A stretch of DNA of 64,000 nt from an uncultured bacterium (GTDB taxonomy: Bacteria > UBP14 > UBA6098 > B30-G16), in the NCBI GenBank assembly GCA_965552135.1, contig CBEVQY010000001.1, positions 32,001 to 96,000 on the forward strand, written 5' to 3'. Below, piece after piece: positions 18,949 to 29,075 of this stretch. Both the position numbers and the translations under genes were made by a program. Each line of letters opens with the position of its first letter. Position 1 is the stretch's first letter. The notes beneath the pieces are model-generated. The model ran no database searches and had not been told where the DNA came from. It was given only the letters and a program-made list of their open reading frames with translations.

Positions 18949-19755
18949 ATGAACCATCGCTCCGAGAGCGGAAAGGTTTTTGGGATTTTTCTTTGTGCCC
19001 TCCTTTTGGCGCTTGTCCTCCACAGCTTGCCCAAAAGGCTCAGGGATGGCATCTCCTCCCTCGTTCGCGACGGGCTTTATGCGCCCTTCGTTTGGGTCGA
19101 CTGGCAGTATCGCGTTTTGCGCAACAACCTCGCAAGGGAGCTTCGCCTTGAGCGCGAGCTTGCCAGAGCGCGGCTTGAGCTGCAAAGGCTCAGGGAGGCG
19201 AAGCTTGAGAACGAGCGCCTGCGCAGGATGCTCCGGTTTCGGGAGGCTTTCGATTACGATCTCATCGTCGCCGAGGTTGTTGGCACGGGGACGGCGCGGT
19301 ATCCCTCGGCTGTGGTCGTCGCCCGCGGCGCAGCCGACGGCGTCAAGCCATCGATGCCGGCGCTTACGCCCCAGGGCGTTGTGGGGAAGGTGGCAAGCGT
19401 GGGGAAACACACCGCCGTGGTCCAGCTCATAACCGACCCTGCGACGAAGCTTGCCGCAATCGACCAGCGCAGCCGCATAAGCGGCATAGTCGAGGCGGAG
19501 CCGGGCGGGATGCTCGTTATGTCGCGCGTGCCCAAAGGCGAGGACGTCGCCGTGGGCGATAGGATCGTAACGTCGGGCTACGGAGGGATCTTCCCAAAGG
19601 GGCTTTTGATAGGTCATGTCGTTTCTGTGTCTGATCCGCCCGAGGGGATATTCAAGCGCATCGAGCTGGAGCCTGCGGCAAAGCTTGGCAGGCTCGAGGA
19701 GGTCTTTTTACTTGTGGGCGCTCCCTCGGCCGCAGACTCAGAGCGCGCTCGCTAA
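18949..19755 (+). CDS. mreC: Rod shape-determining protein MreC
   Basis: N-terminal TM, coiled coil ending ENERLRRML, GVVGKV, GDRIVTSGYGGIFPKGLLIG; ATG at 18949. Confidence 0.92.
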   Translation: MNHRSESGKVFGIFLCALLLALVLHSLPKRLRDGISSLVRDGLYAPFVWVDWQYRVLRNNLARELRLERELARARLELQRLREAKLENERLRRMLRFREAFDYDLIVAEVVGTGTARYPSAVVVARGAADGVKPSMPALTPQGVVGKVASVGKHTAVVQLITDPATKLAAIDQRSRISGIVEAEPGGMLVMSRVPKGEDVAVGDRIVTSGYGGIFPKGLLIGHVVSVSDPPEGIFKRIELEPAAKLGRLEEVFLLVGAPSAADSERAR

Positions 19756-21762
19756 GGCGTAAGCCACCATCGATGCCCCCCACGCCACAGCGGACGACAC
19801 CGCCGCGGAGATGAGCGCCCAGCGTGTTCCACCCCCTTCGGAGCGAATCGCGGCGAGGGTTGCAACACAGGGCGTGTAGAGCATGGCGAAGACCAAAAAC
19901 GCCCAGGCAGTGGGCTTGGGGAACTCGTGCGAAAGCACATCGGGGAGGTTTTCCTCTCCGCCGTAGAGCACCCCCAGCGACGACACAACGACCTCCTTCG
20001 CCAAGAAGCCAAAGACGAGCGCCACCACCCCCTTCCAGCCGAACCCCTGCGGCGCAAAGACCGGCGCAACGAGCTTGCCGAGCTTGCCGACGTAGCTGTC
20101 TTCGGATGCGTAGGGGACGCCGGGCGGGAGGTTCCCCAAAAGCCAGATGAACACCGCGCCCACAAGGATCACGGTCCCGGCCTTGCGTATGAAAGCAAAG
20201 CTTCTTATCCACGTGTGTCTGAGTATGACGCGCATTGCGGGCGTGTGATACTGCGGCAGCTCCATCACGAAAGGCGACGAAAGCCCGCCCAAGACAAGTC
20301 TTTTGAGCACAAACGCCACCAAAAGCGCCGCAACGATGCCTAAAACGTACATCCCGAAGACGACGACGGAGGGATTTTGCGGGAACAGCACCGACGCGAA
20401 AAGCACGAGCGCAGGGAGCCTCGCCGAGCAGGGCACGAATGGTAGCACAAGCATAGTCGTGAGTCTGTCGCGGGGGTCGCGCAGGGTGCGGGTTGCCATC
20501 ACCGCGGGAACGCTGCAGCCAAAACCCAAAAGCATCGGGATAAAGCTTTTGCCGTGCAGACCAAAGCGGTGCATAACCCTGTCCATAAGGAACGCCGCGC
20601 GGGAGATATATCCGGAATCCTCAAGCAAACCCACGAGGAAGAAGAGCACGGCGATATTTGGCAGGAAGACGAGCACGCTGCCCACGCCGCCAATGATCCC
20701 GTCCGAAAGGAGCGACGCGAAAAGCTTTGATCCTCCCAGGGCGATAACCGCATCTGCTGCGGCGGATGCCAGGTAGGTAAAGGCGGACTCGAGCAGGTCG
20801 GCGAAAAAGCCACCCACCGTGAAGGTAAGGTAGAACAGGACGAACATCACAGCGAAGAATATCGGGAATCCAAGCCACTTACTAAGGACAATATCGTCGA
20901 TTCTCTGCGAGATCGACTTTTTGGGCTTGCCCGGGGCTTTCGCCACCTCCCTAAAAAGCCCCGAAGCCCAGGCGTACCTCGACTGCGCCATAACGGACCT
21001 TATGTCCGTTCCGAAGAGCTTCTCGAGCCCCGCGCGCACATCGTCCACAAGCGCAACAAGCTCATCCTTCTGAGGAAAGCTTTCTGTGATATCGCGGGTG
21101 ATTTCCTCGTCGCCCTCAAGGAGCTTTTCCACAACGTATCGCCTTATGTGGCATCTGGGTGCGAACTCGGCGCCGGCAAGCTTCAACCTCTCCTCGATCC
21201 TGCCCAAAGCCTCCTCCACATCGTCGGCGAAGATAAGGGGTTTTGGGTGGGAGCGCTCCTGTGCAAGCCTCACGATCTCGTCCAAAAGCCTTTGTGTGCC
21301 CTCGCCTTTTGTCCCGACCGTTGGCACAACGGGAGCGCCCAGAATCTCCGCAAGCTTGTCGACGTCTATCTCCATCCCCGCAGCCCTGGCAAGGTCGAAC
21401 ATGTTGAGGGCGATGACCGTCGGATGCCCGATCTCTATCACCTGCGCAACAAGATACAGGTTCCTCTCGAGGTTCGACGCATCGACGACTGTGAGCACAA
21501 CGTCGGGATGCTCGTATAGCAAGAAATCGCGTGCAATTCGCTCTTCGGGTGAGAAGGCTGTGAGGGAGTAGGTTCCCGGCAGGTCGACGAACCGAAGCAG
21601 CTTGCCGCGCCAGCGCTTCCTGCCCTCAAGCTTTTCGACGGTCACGCCGGGCCAGTTCCCAACCCTCTGCGCGGAACCCGTTATGGCGTTGAATATCGTG
21701 GTCTTCCCGGAGTTCGGGTTCCCCGCAACCGCAACGATTATTTCGGATACGTCGCGCCTCAT
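19738..21762 (-). CDS. feoB: Ferrous iron transport protein B
   Basis: GNPNSGKTT, VGNWPGVTVE, DLPGTYSL, LEDSGY, GFGCSVPA, YTPCVAT. Confidence 0.97.
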   Translation of the reverse strand: MRRDVSEIIVAVAGNPNSGKTTIFNAITGSAQRVGNWPGVTVEKLEGRKRWRGKLLRFVDLPGTYSLTAFSPEERIARDFLLYEHPDVVLTVVDASNLERNLYLVAQVIEIGHPTVIALNMFDLARAAGMEIDVDKLAEILGAPVVPTVGTKGEGTQRLLDEIVRLAQERSHPKPLIFADDVEEALGRIEERLKLAGAEFAPRCHIRRYVVEKLLEGDEEITRDITESFPQKDELVALVDDVRAGLEKLFGTDIRSVMAQSRYAWASGLFREVAKAPGKPKKSISQRIDDIVLSKWLGFPIFFAVMFVLFYLTFTVGGFFADLLESAFTYLASAAADAVIALGGSKLFASLLSDGIIGGVGSVLVFLPNIAVLFFLVGLLEDSGYISRAAFLMDRVMHRFGLHGKSFIPMLLGFGCSVPAVMATRTLRDPRDRLTTMLVLPFVPCSARLPALVLFASVLFPQNPSVVVFGMYVLGIVAALLVAFVLKRLVLGGLSSPFVMELPQYHTPAMRVILRHTWIRSFAFIRKAGTVILVGAVFIWLLGNLPPGVPYASEDSYVGKLGKLVAPVFAPQGFGWKGVVALVFGFLAKEVVVSSLGVLYGGEENLPDVLSHEFPKPTAWAFLVFAMLYTPCVATLAAIRSEGGGTRWALISAAVSSAVAWGASMVAYALASAL

Positions 21763-22184
21763 GTCCTCTCAGCCTCCCGTTCCTTCACCCACATCTCGAA
21801 CACGTCCGGGTGCGCCCCAAAGAAGCTTGTGAGCTTCTCGAGGGCTTCCCTCGTCCGACAGGATATAGAGTGCTCCATTCCGCACGCCTGCGGCAGCGCA
21901 TCGTCCTGCGGGATGCCGAGAACCTCGGTTAAGAAGCGCAGGAGGACCTCGTGCCGCCTGTAGATCGTCTCAGCCGAGCGCCTGCCGAGCTTGGTCAGGC
22001 GAACATAGCCGTAGTGTTCGTGCACAACAAATCCGTTTTGGGCGAGCCTGCGCACCGCAGCCGTAACGCTGGGCGGCTTCACGCAAAGAAGACCCGCTAT
22101 GTCCCTCACCCGCGCAAAGCCAAACCTGCCCTCCAGAATGTAGATCGCCTCGAGATAATCCTCCAGAGTGCGCGAAACCTTCAT
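21759..22184 (-). CDS. DtxR/MntR family metal-dependent repressor
   Basis: EDYLEAIY...ARVRDIA...VKPPSVT...RRHEVL...ACGMEH; its stop overlaps the feoB start. Confidence 0.92.
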   Translation of the reverse strand: MKVSRTLEDYLEAIYILEGRFGFARVRDIAGLLCVKPPSVTAAVRRLAQNGFVVHEHYGYVRLTKLGRRSAETIYRRHEVLLRFLTEVLGIPQDDALPQACGMEHSISCRTREALEKLTSFFGAHPDVFEMWVKEREAERT

Positions 22185-22255
22185 CGACCCCCCTTTTGTT
22201 AAAACATTCTAATAATTTTAGTAAAACCTCAAAAATGCAACAGAAAAGTGGGCGA

Positions 22256-22285
22256 TTGACAGCGACCCTGCCGCTTGCTTATCTT
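22256..22285 (+). promoter_or_regulatory. Putative sigma70 promoter for hypD
   Basis: TTGACA-18 nt-TATCTT, then GGAGGT RBS. Confidence 0.45.
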
Positions 22286-22308
22286 TTCGGCGCAGCGGAG
22301 GTGGTTTT

Positions 22309-23376
22309 GTGATCGGCGCTGGCGCCTTCGAGGAGGCTTGTCGGCGGATAAAGCGGATGGTAGGCGACGGGCGTGTGCGTCTTATGGAGGTTTGTGGTAC
22401 GCACACGGTTTCGATCTCCCGCGCCGGGCTCAGGTCGCTTCTTGCGCCGCAGGTGGAGCTGATATCGGGACCGGGTTGCCCCGTTTGCGTCACCGCGGCG
22501 CCCGATATCGCAAAGACCCTGTGGCTCGCCGAAAGCGGAAAGACCGTCGTCACATTCGGCGATATGATGAAGGTCCCCGTCGACGGGCGCTCGCTGTTCG
22601 ACCTGCGCGCTTCGGGCGCAGACGTCAGGGTCGTCTACTCACCGATGGAAGCCGTCGAGATCGCGCAGGAGAGTCCCGGGAAGGAGGTCGTTTTCATCGG
22701 CGTGGGCTTCGAGACGACCGCGCCGACCATAGCGGCGGCTATCGTAACCGCAAAGCAAAGAAAGCTTGGGAACTTTTCGGTGTTTGTGGCGCTTAAAACT
22801 ATCCCGAAGCCTTTGGAGATCATCTGTCAGTCGCCCAAGATCGGCGTGGACGGTTTCATTCTGCCGGGGCACGTGAGCGCCGTCATCGGGTCTGAGCCGT
22901 ATGGGTTCATTGCGGAGCGCTACCACAGACCCGGCGTCATCACAGGGTTCGAGCCCGAGGACGTAATCGACGGCGTCTACAGGCTCGTCGGGATGCTTTC
23001 ACGCGGCGAGGCGAGGATAGAGATATCCTACAGCCGCGTCGTTCGCCCCGAGGGGAACAGGGCGGCGCAAAAGCTTATGCACAAAGTCTTCGAGCCGTGC
23101 GACTCAAACTGGCGGGGGATAGGGATGCTGCCTCAGTCCGGGCTTAAGATGCGCAGGGAGTTTTTGGAGTTCGACGCGCAAAGCCGCTTCGGGATCCCCG
23201 ACTTCCCCAACGCCCGCGACAATCCCGCCTGCCGATGCGCGGACGTCATCCTGGGCGTGGCAAAGCCAACCCAATGCCCCCTTTTCGCCAAAGCTTGCAC
23301 GCCGCAGCACCCGCAGGGACCGTGTATGATATCCTCCGAGGGAGCTTGCGCGGCATACTACAAATACGGCGAATGA
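22309..23376 (+). CDS. hypD: Hydrogenase maturation protein HypD
   Basis: MEVCGTH, GPGCPVC, GFETTAP, PGHVS, WRG and GPCMISSEGACAAYY motifs. Confidence 0.97.
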   Translation: MIGAGAFEEACRRIKRMVGDGRVRLMEVCGTHTVSISRAGLRSLLAPQVELISGPGCPVCVTAAPDIAKTLWLAESGKTVVTFGDMMKVPVDGRSLFDLRASGADVRVVYSPMEAVEIAQESPGKEVVFIGVGFETTAPTIAAAIVTAKQRKLGNFSVFVALKTIPKPLEIICQSPKIGVDGFILPGHVSAVIGSEPYGFIAERYHRPGVITGFEPEDVIDGVYRLVGMLSRGEARIEISYSRVVRPEGNRAAQKLMHKVFEPCDSNWRGIGMLPQSGLKMRREFLEFDAQSRFGIPDFPNARDNPACRCADVILGVAKPTQCPLFAKACTPQHPQGPCMISSEGACAAYYKYGE

Positions 23377-23381
23377 AGTCT

Positions 23382-23410
23382 TTGACCAAAAGGGGCGAAG
23401 GGACTATATT
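23382..23410 (+). promoter_or_regulatory. Putative sigma70 promoter for pyrC
   Basis: TTGACC-17 nt-TATATT. Confidence 0.55.
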
Positions 23411-23436
23411 GCGGGAACCGAGCCGAGGGGGACAGG

Positions 23437-24717
23437 ATGAAGAAGCTTTTGCTGCGCGGCGGGCACGTTATAGACCCTTCGCAGGGAATCGACAGGGTAG
23501 CCGATATCCTCATAGTCGACGGTGTTGTTGAATCCATAGATCCTCAGGGCGCACCGGAGGACGCGGAGGTTTTGGACGTTTCGGGGAAACTCGTCTTCCC
23601 AGGCTTTGTGGACATGCACGTCCACGGTCGCGAGCCCGGCAACGAGGACGAGGAGGACATCGAGAGCGTCTCCCACGCCGCTGCGGCGGGAGGCTTTACA
23701 TCCATAGTGCTTATGGCGAACACCTCCCCCCCCGTCGACACCGCCGACAGGGTTTCGTTCATCTACGACCGCGGCGCCACGGCGGCGGTGTGGGTGTATC
23801 CCGTGGGAGCTGTAAGCAAGGGTCTTTTGGGGAGGGAGCTTGCCGAGCTTGCCGATATGGCGCAGGCCGGCGCCGTCGCATTCTCGGACGACGGAAACCC
23901 AATAGCCGACAGCGAGCTTATGCGAAACGCACTCGCATACGCCGACCAGCTTGGGGTGCCCATCCTCGCGCACGAGGTCGATCCCTACCTTGCCGCAGGT
24001 GGGCAGATCCACGAGGGCGAGGTGGCGTCGCTGACGGGAATGAAGGGGATCCCCGTTCAAGCCGAGACGGCGCTTATCGCGAGGGACATAAGCCTGCTTG
24101 AGCTTTCCGGCGGGAGACTTCACGTCCAGCACATAACGACAGCCGCTGGGGTCGCCCTGGTGCGAGAGGCGAAGGGGAGGGGTCTTGCCGTAAGCTGCGA
24201 GGCGACGCCCCATCACCTTATCCTGACCGAGCGGGCGGTTTTGGATTCGGGCTTCGACCCCAACTTCAAGATGATGCCGCCCCTGCGCGGCGAGGACGAT
24301 GTTGCCGCTCTGCGCAGCGCCCTCGCCGACGGAACCATAGACGCCATAGCCACCGACCACGCGCCCCACGCAGCGCACGAAAAGGATGCCCCGTTCGAGG
24401 AGGCACCCTTCGGCGTCATCGGGCTTGAAACCGCCGCAGCGCTTGTGTGGACGAAGCTCGTCAAAACGGGGATAATCTCGCCCCAAAGGATGGTCGAGCT
24501 TATGTCGAAAAACCCCGCCGCAATCCTCGACCTTCCCGCAGGAAGCCTTGCACCGGGCGCCTTCGCCGACATTACCGTGTTCGACCCCGAGGCGCGGTGG
24601 ACCGTCGACCCAAGCTCGTTCTACTCAAAGTCCCGCAACACGCCGTTTGCGGGATGGAAGCTTGAGGGCAGGGTCGTTATGACCCTCGTTGCGGGCGAGG
24701 TGGTTTACAGACTTTAG
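23437..24717 (+). CDS. pyrC: Dihydroorotase (type I)
   Basis: PGFVDMHVHGREPG, AFSDDG, EATPHHL, KMMPPLR, ATDHAPH, SKSRNTPF. Confidence 0.95.
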   Translation: MKKLLLRGGHVIDPSQGIDRVADILIVDGVVESIDPQGAPEDAEVLDVSGKLVFPGFVDMHVHGREPGNEDEEDIESVSHAAAAGGFTSIVLMANTSPPVDTADRVSFIYDRGATAAVWVYPVGAVSKGLLGRELAELADMAQAGAVAFSDDGNPIADSELMRNALAYADQLGVPILAHEVDPYLAAGGQIHEGEVASLTGMKGIPVQAETALIARDISLLELSGGRLHVQHITTAAGVALVREAKGRGLAVSCEATPHHLILTERAVLDSGFDPNFKMMPPLRGEDDVAALRSALADGTIDAIATDHAPHAAHEKDAPFEEAPFGVIGLETAAALVWTKLVKTGIISPQRMVELMSKNPAAILDLPAGSLAPGAFADITVFDPEARWTVDPSSFYSKSRNTPFAGWKLEGRVVMTLVAGEVVYRL

Positions 24718-24749
24718 GGGAGCACGGGCACGCCGCACAAGCCGCAAGC

Positions 24750-25694
24750 TCAACACAAGGACGCGGACTTTCTGCGGTACTTCAGCACAAAGATCAGGAA
24801 GGCTATGGCGGTGTTCACAAGCTCGGCGAGCGTCATCCATATCCGCGTTCCGACGGATGCTGCGGCTCTGTTTGCCGCAGAAAGCGATGGCGGTAAAAGA
24901 AGCATAAAAACCCCCTCCCGAACGCCAAGCCCGGCGGGCACAACGATGCTGGCGTAGCCAATAACGTACGACAGGGGGAACCCTCCCATAACGGCGGGGG
25001 CATCTTTCAGACTTACCTGAGGCAGGAAGGCGGCGGTCGATATTGTGAGCCCAAACCCAACCCCCAGCCACAGCACAACGGCACATCCCAGCGCAACTGC
25101 GGCTGTGCGAAGCTTCATCGTGGGGGCCCGGGCACCGCTTATCCCCTTGCGGCGGAAGAAGAACGAGACGAGCGAGTGAAAGAAGCGCGGCATCATCAAA
25201 AGGAGCGAAACCACGACTATAAAGGGCGCGACCCACCACGGCAGCACCGACATCCCCCTAACCCCCGAAAAGACGCCGCCTACCACAAGGGCGGCAACCA
25301 CAATCGCAAACTGGTTAACGAAGGCGGTCGTTATGGCGCCCCTCTCGTCGATGCCCCAAAGCTTCGAGAAGTACTTTATGCCGAAGACGAACCAAAGCTT
25401 CCCCGGCACGTAGCGGAACACGTTGGGCACGTTGATGATGATAAGCGCCTGCGCAAAGCTCACCTCCGTCTGGTACAGGTCCTTCATTATCCTCTTCCAC
25501 GATGCCGCGGACACAGCCAGCGCCAAGGCTATGACCACAACGCCCAAAAGCGCCTGGAGCCAATCGGCTTCCCTCAAGGCTGCGCCGATCTCGCTCCACC
25601 CTGCCGCAAGCCGGCGGAAGACGAAGAAGAAGACGACGCCCGCAACCGCAAAGCCCAAAAAGACCCTTAAAAACCTTTTCCAACCCGTGCGCAC
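24750..25694 (-). CDS. Lysylphosphatidylglycerol synthase TM / flippase-like membrane protein
   Basis: Multi-TM; RYVPGKLW and VPAGLGVREG motifs. Confidence 0.8.
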   Translation of the reverse strand: MRTGWKRFLRVFLGFAVAGVVFFFVFRRLAAGWSEIGAALREADWLQALLGVVVIALALAVSAASWKRIMKDLYQTEVSFAQALIIINVPNVFRYVPGKLWFVFGIKYFSKLWGIDERGAITTAFVNQFAIVVAALVVGGVFSGVRGMSVLPWWVAPFIVVVSLLLMMPRFFHSLVSFFFRRKGISGARAPTMKLRTAAVALGCAVVLWLGVGFGLTISTAAFLPQVSLKDAPAVMGGFPLSYVIGYASIVVPAGLGVREGVFMLLLPPSLSAANRAAASVGTRIWMTLAELVNTAIAFLIFVLKYRRKSASLC

Positions 25695-25738
25695 AGGGTT
25701 AAAATATCCCCGCCGCCAAGCTCCTCAAAGCGAAATTG

Positions 25739-25759
25739 TGGCACAAACTTTGCTATAAT
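25739..25759 (+). promoter_or_regulatory. Sigma54 (-24/-12) promoter overlapping an extended -10 element upstream of degP
   Basis: TGGCAC-AAACT-TTGCT at 25739-25754 fits TGGCAC-N5-TTGCW; TGCTATAAT at 25751-25759. Confidence 0.6.
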
Positions 25760-25800
25760 TTCGTGCGGGTGGCTCGTTCGGCTAAGAAGGAGGTGGTGCG

Positions 25801-27231
25801 ATGTTGCGCAAGATCGGCATAATCGCTGCCATTTTGGCAGGGTTTACGGCGGGCGTGGTCCTTACCGCGAACTTCAACGCGGTTCCCAAAGCTGTCGCAG
25901 AGGCGTCGGGAAAGCTGCCAGAGGTGTCACAGGTCTTCGCCGACGTCGCCGAAAAGGTTATGCCGTCGGTGGTGACGATAACGAGCGAGAAGGTTTACGA
26001 AGTTCCCGTGCGCAGCTGGGAGCCCTTCTGGAACGACCCCTTCTTCGACTTCTTCTTCGGTCCGAGGTGGAGACCGCGCTACAGGAAGAAGAGGTTTAAG
26101 CAGGAGGGGTTGGGCTCTGGGGTCATCGTTTCGGAGGACGGCTACATCCTCACCAACGCCCACGTCGTCGACGGCGCCGACGAGCTTAGGGTCCACATAG
26201 GCGACAGGGAGTACGAAGCCGACATAGTTGGCGTCGACGAGAAGACCGACCTGGCGGTGCTTAAGGTCGACGCCGACGAGAAGCTTCCCGCCGCAAAGCT
26301 CGGCGACTCCGACAAGATCCGCGTGGGCGAGTGGGTTTTGGCCATAGGCAGCCCGTTTAGGCTCGAGCATACCGTCACAGCTGGGATAATCTCCGCCAAG
26401 GGGCGCTCGAGGATGGGCATCGCCGACTACGAGGACTTCATTCAGACCGACGCAGCGATAAACCCCGGCAACTCCGGCGGAGCTTTGGTCAACCTCAGGG
26501 GCGAGGTCATCGGGATAAACACGGCGATAGTCTCAAGCAACGGCGGCAACGTCGGCATAGGATTTGCCATCCCGATAAACCTTGCCAAGCAGGTGATGGA
26601 GCAGCTCATAGAGCACGGGCGCGTGGTCAGGGGCTGGCTTGGGATCATGATCCAGGACGTCACCGAGGACCTTGCCGAAGCGCTCGACCTTGCCGAGGCG
26701 AAGGGCGTTTTGGTAAGCTCCGTTTTGGATGACAGCCCCGCCGAGGAAGCCGGGCTTGAGCGCGGAGACGTGATAGTTGCGCTTGACGGGAAAAAGGTCG
26801 AGTCCGTCGATGACCTGCGCACAAGGATAGCCTCCACACCGCCGGGGACGAAGGTTAAGCTCGATATCATCCGCAACGGCAAGCGCAAGAGGATAACCGT
26901 TGAGCTTGGCGAGATGCCCACAAGCGAGGAGGTCGCCTCGGCGGAGGAGGGCGTGAGGCTGGGTCTGAGGGTAAAGAGCCTTACGCGCTACGACGCGCAT
27001 CGCCTCGGGTACGACGGCGACCTGGGCGTGCTCGTTACAGACGTTGAGGAGGGCTCCATAGCCTATCGCGCAGGTGTTCAGCCAAACGATGTGATCGTCG
27101 AGCTCAACAGGGAGGCGATATACACGCCAGCCGACCTGCGCGACGTCGCCTCGCAAATACGCAAAGGTGACCCCGTGCTTTTTGTGGTTTGGCGAGACGG
27201 AAACTTCCTGTATCTTGCGACAAGGGCGTAA
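25801..27231 (+). CDS. degP: HtrA/DegP (Do family) periplasmic serine protease with two PDZ domains
   Basis: TNAHVV, TDLAVLK and QTDAAINPGNSGG triad motifs; two PDZ domains; AAGGAGGT RBS. Confidence 0.93.
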   Translation: MLRKIGIIAAILAGFTAGVVLTANFNAVPKAVAEASGKLPEVSQVFADVAEKVMPSVVTITSEKVYEVPVRSWEPFWNDPFFDFFFGPRWRPRYRKKRFKQEGLGSGVIVSEDGYILTNAHVVDGADELRVHIGDREYEADIVGVDEKTDLAVLKVDADEKLPAAKLGDSDKIRVGEWVLAIGSPFRLEHTVTAGIISAKGRSRMGIADYEDFIQTDAAINPGNSGGALVNLRGEVIGINTAIVSSNGGNVGIGFAIPINLAKQVMEQLIEHGRVVRGWLGIMIQDVTEDLAEALDLAEAKGVLVSSVLDDSPAEEAGLERGDVIVALDGKKVESVDDLRTRIASTPPGTKVKLDIIRNGKRKRITVELGEMPTSEEVASAEEGVRLGLRVKSLTRYDAHRLGYDGDLGVLVTDVEEGSIAYRAGVQPNDVIVELNREAIYTPADLRDVASQIRKGDPVLFVVWRDGNFLYLATRA

Positions 27232-27253
27232 GGACTTTTCCGGGGGTGAGGCT

Positions 27254-28210
27254 ATGATAAAGGTTGAGGGTCTTGAGAAATACTACGGGAAGTTCAAGGC
27301 GCTCGACGGCGTGACCTTTGAGGCCAAGCGCGGCGAGATCCTCGGGCTTTTGGGTCCAAACGGCGCCGGCAAAACGACGACCATGCGCATCCTGACGACC
27401 TACCTGCCGCCCTCGGGCGGAAGGGCTTTGGTCGCCGGCTTCGACGTGGTGAAGCAATCGATGGAGGTGAGGCGCCGCGTGGGATACATGCCCGAAAACC
27501 CACCGCTTTATTTGGATATGAAGGTGAAAAGCTTCCTTGGCTTTGTGGGCGAGCTTAAGGGTCTTTCGGGCAAAAGGCTTTCGGAGCGGCTGGAGTACGT
27601 GCGTGAGGTTTGCCAGATAGGCGAGGTTTGGGACAAGTTCATCGCCCAGCTTTCGAAGGGGTTCAGGCAGAGGGTAGGTCTTGCGGCGGCGCTTGTGTCC
27701 GACCCGCCGGTCCTCATCCTCGACGAACCAACCATAGGGCTCGACCCCAAGCAGATAAAGTACACCCGCGAGTTTATAAAAAGCCTCGGCGGCGATCACA
27801 CAATACTTCTTTCGACGCACATCCTGCCCGAGGCTGAGATGACTTGCGACCGCGTTGCAATAATCGACAAGGGCAGGATAATCGCGGTTGGCACGCCCGA
27901 GGAGCTTGCCCGCAAGATCCATCGCGTAAACGCCGTCAGGGTGGAGCTGACAGGTCCACCCAACGAGGTTTACAGGGCGCTCCTTGAGCTCGACGGGGTG
28001 GTGCAGGTCATACCTCAGGAAAGGCTTGGCGTCTACCTGGTCGAGTTCGAGCCGCAGTGGAAGACGAGGGAGCAGATAACAAAGCTCGCACACCGCCAGG
28101 ACTGGAGCATCCTCGAGCTTTCGCCAATAGAGGCGAGCCTCGAGGAGATCTTCCTCGAGCTTACCACCGAAGAGACGCAGCAAAAACCCGTCGAGGACCA
28201 GGTCGCCTAA
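27254..28210 (+). CDS. ABC transporter ATP-binding protein, GldA-like
   Basis: GPNGAGKTTTM, GYMPENPPLY, LSKGFRQRVGLA, ILDEPTIGLDP, STHILPE; ATG 27254. Confidence 0.9.
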   Translation: MIKVEGLEKYYGKFKALDGVTFEAKRGEILGLLGPNGAGKTTTMRILTTYLPPSGGRALVAGFDVVKQSMEVRRRVGYMPENPPLYLDMKVKSFLGFVGELKGLSGKRLSERLEYVREVCQIGEVWDKFIAQLSKGFRQRVGLAAALVSDPPVLILDEPTIGLDPKQIKYTREFIKSLGGDHTILLSTHILPEAEMTCDRVAIIDKGRIIAVGTPEELARKIHRVNAVRVELTGPPNEVYRALLELDGVVQVIPQERLGVYLVEFEPQWKTREQITKLAHRQDWSILELSPIEASLEEIFLELTTEETQQKPVEDQVA

Positions 28211-28222
28211 AAGGAGGGGACG

Positions 28223-29014
28223 ATGAGAACGATGTGGACGATATTCAAAAAGGAGTTCGTTCAGTTTTTCTCGTCGCCGACATCTTACATAATCATCGCT
28301 GTCTTCCTTGCCGTAAGCGGCTTTTTCTTTTACAACATCTCGAGCTACTTTGCGATGCAGTGTTTTCAGGCGCTTCAGTATCAGCAGGCCTATAACATCC
28401 CCCTGCCGCCTATGAGCGTGAACCAGTGGGTGGTGCGCCCCTTCTTCCACAACCTCGCCGTTTTGGCGATATTCCTCGTTCCCATAATAACCATGCGCTC
28501 GTTCGCCGCGGAGCGCGCTTTCGGAACGACAGAGCTGCTTCTTACGTCCCCTGTGCGCACCACCCACCTGGTTTGCGCAAAGTTCGCTGCGGGTATGCTG
28601 CTTTACGTCGTTCTCGTCGCGCTTACCCTGATCTTCCAGCTCATCCTGCATCACTTCACCGCAAACGGGCTCGACTGGGGACCGGTTTGGGCAGGATATC
28701 TGGGGCTTTTGCTTCTGGGGTTGGCAGTCGTCCCGCTGGGACAGTTTATATCGTCGCTTACCAAAAACCAGATAATCGCTGCATTTATGTCCTTCGCGCT
28801 CTTCCTCATACTCTGGATCGTCGACTGGAGCACGCTTTTTGCCAAGGGAACGCTTTCGAAGGTGATAGGCTACATCGGTCTTGCGCCCCATTTTGCAAAC
28901 TTTGCGCGCGGAATCGTCGATACCTCGGATATCATCTACTTCGTCTCCCTTTGCGCTATTGGGCTTTTCGTCACGCACCAGTCGGTGGAGTCGTGGCGAT
29001 GGCGGGGAATATAG
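28223..29014 (+). CDS. ABC transporter permease, GldF-like
   Basis: ITMRSFAAERAFGTTELLLTSPV, SSLTKNQIIA, HFANFARGIVDTSDIIYF. Confidence 0.88.
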   Translation: MRTMWTIFKKEFVQFFSSPTSYIIIAVFLAVSGFFFYNISSYFAMQCFQALQYQQAYNIPLPPMSVNQWVVRPFFHNLAVLAIFLVPIITMRSFAAERAFGTTELLLTSPVRTTHLVCAKFAAGMLLYVVLVALTLIFQLILHHFTANGLDWGPVWAGYLGLLLLGLAVVPLGQFISSLTKNQIIAAFMSFALFLILWIVDWSTLFAKGTLSKVIGYIGLAPHFANFARGIVDTSDIIYFVSLCAIGLFVTHQSVESWRWRGI

Positions 29015-29075
29015 AAAACCCGGGCTTTACCACGTCGGCAATATCTCGGTGTACTTGAGATAAGGAGGTAGCGCT

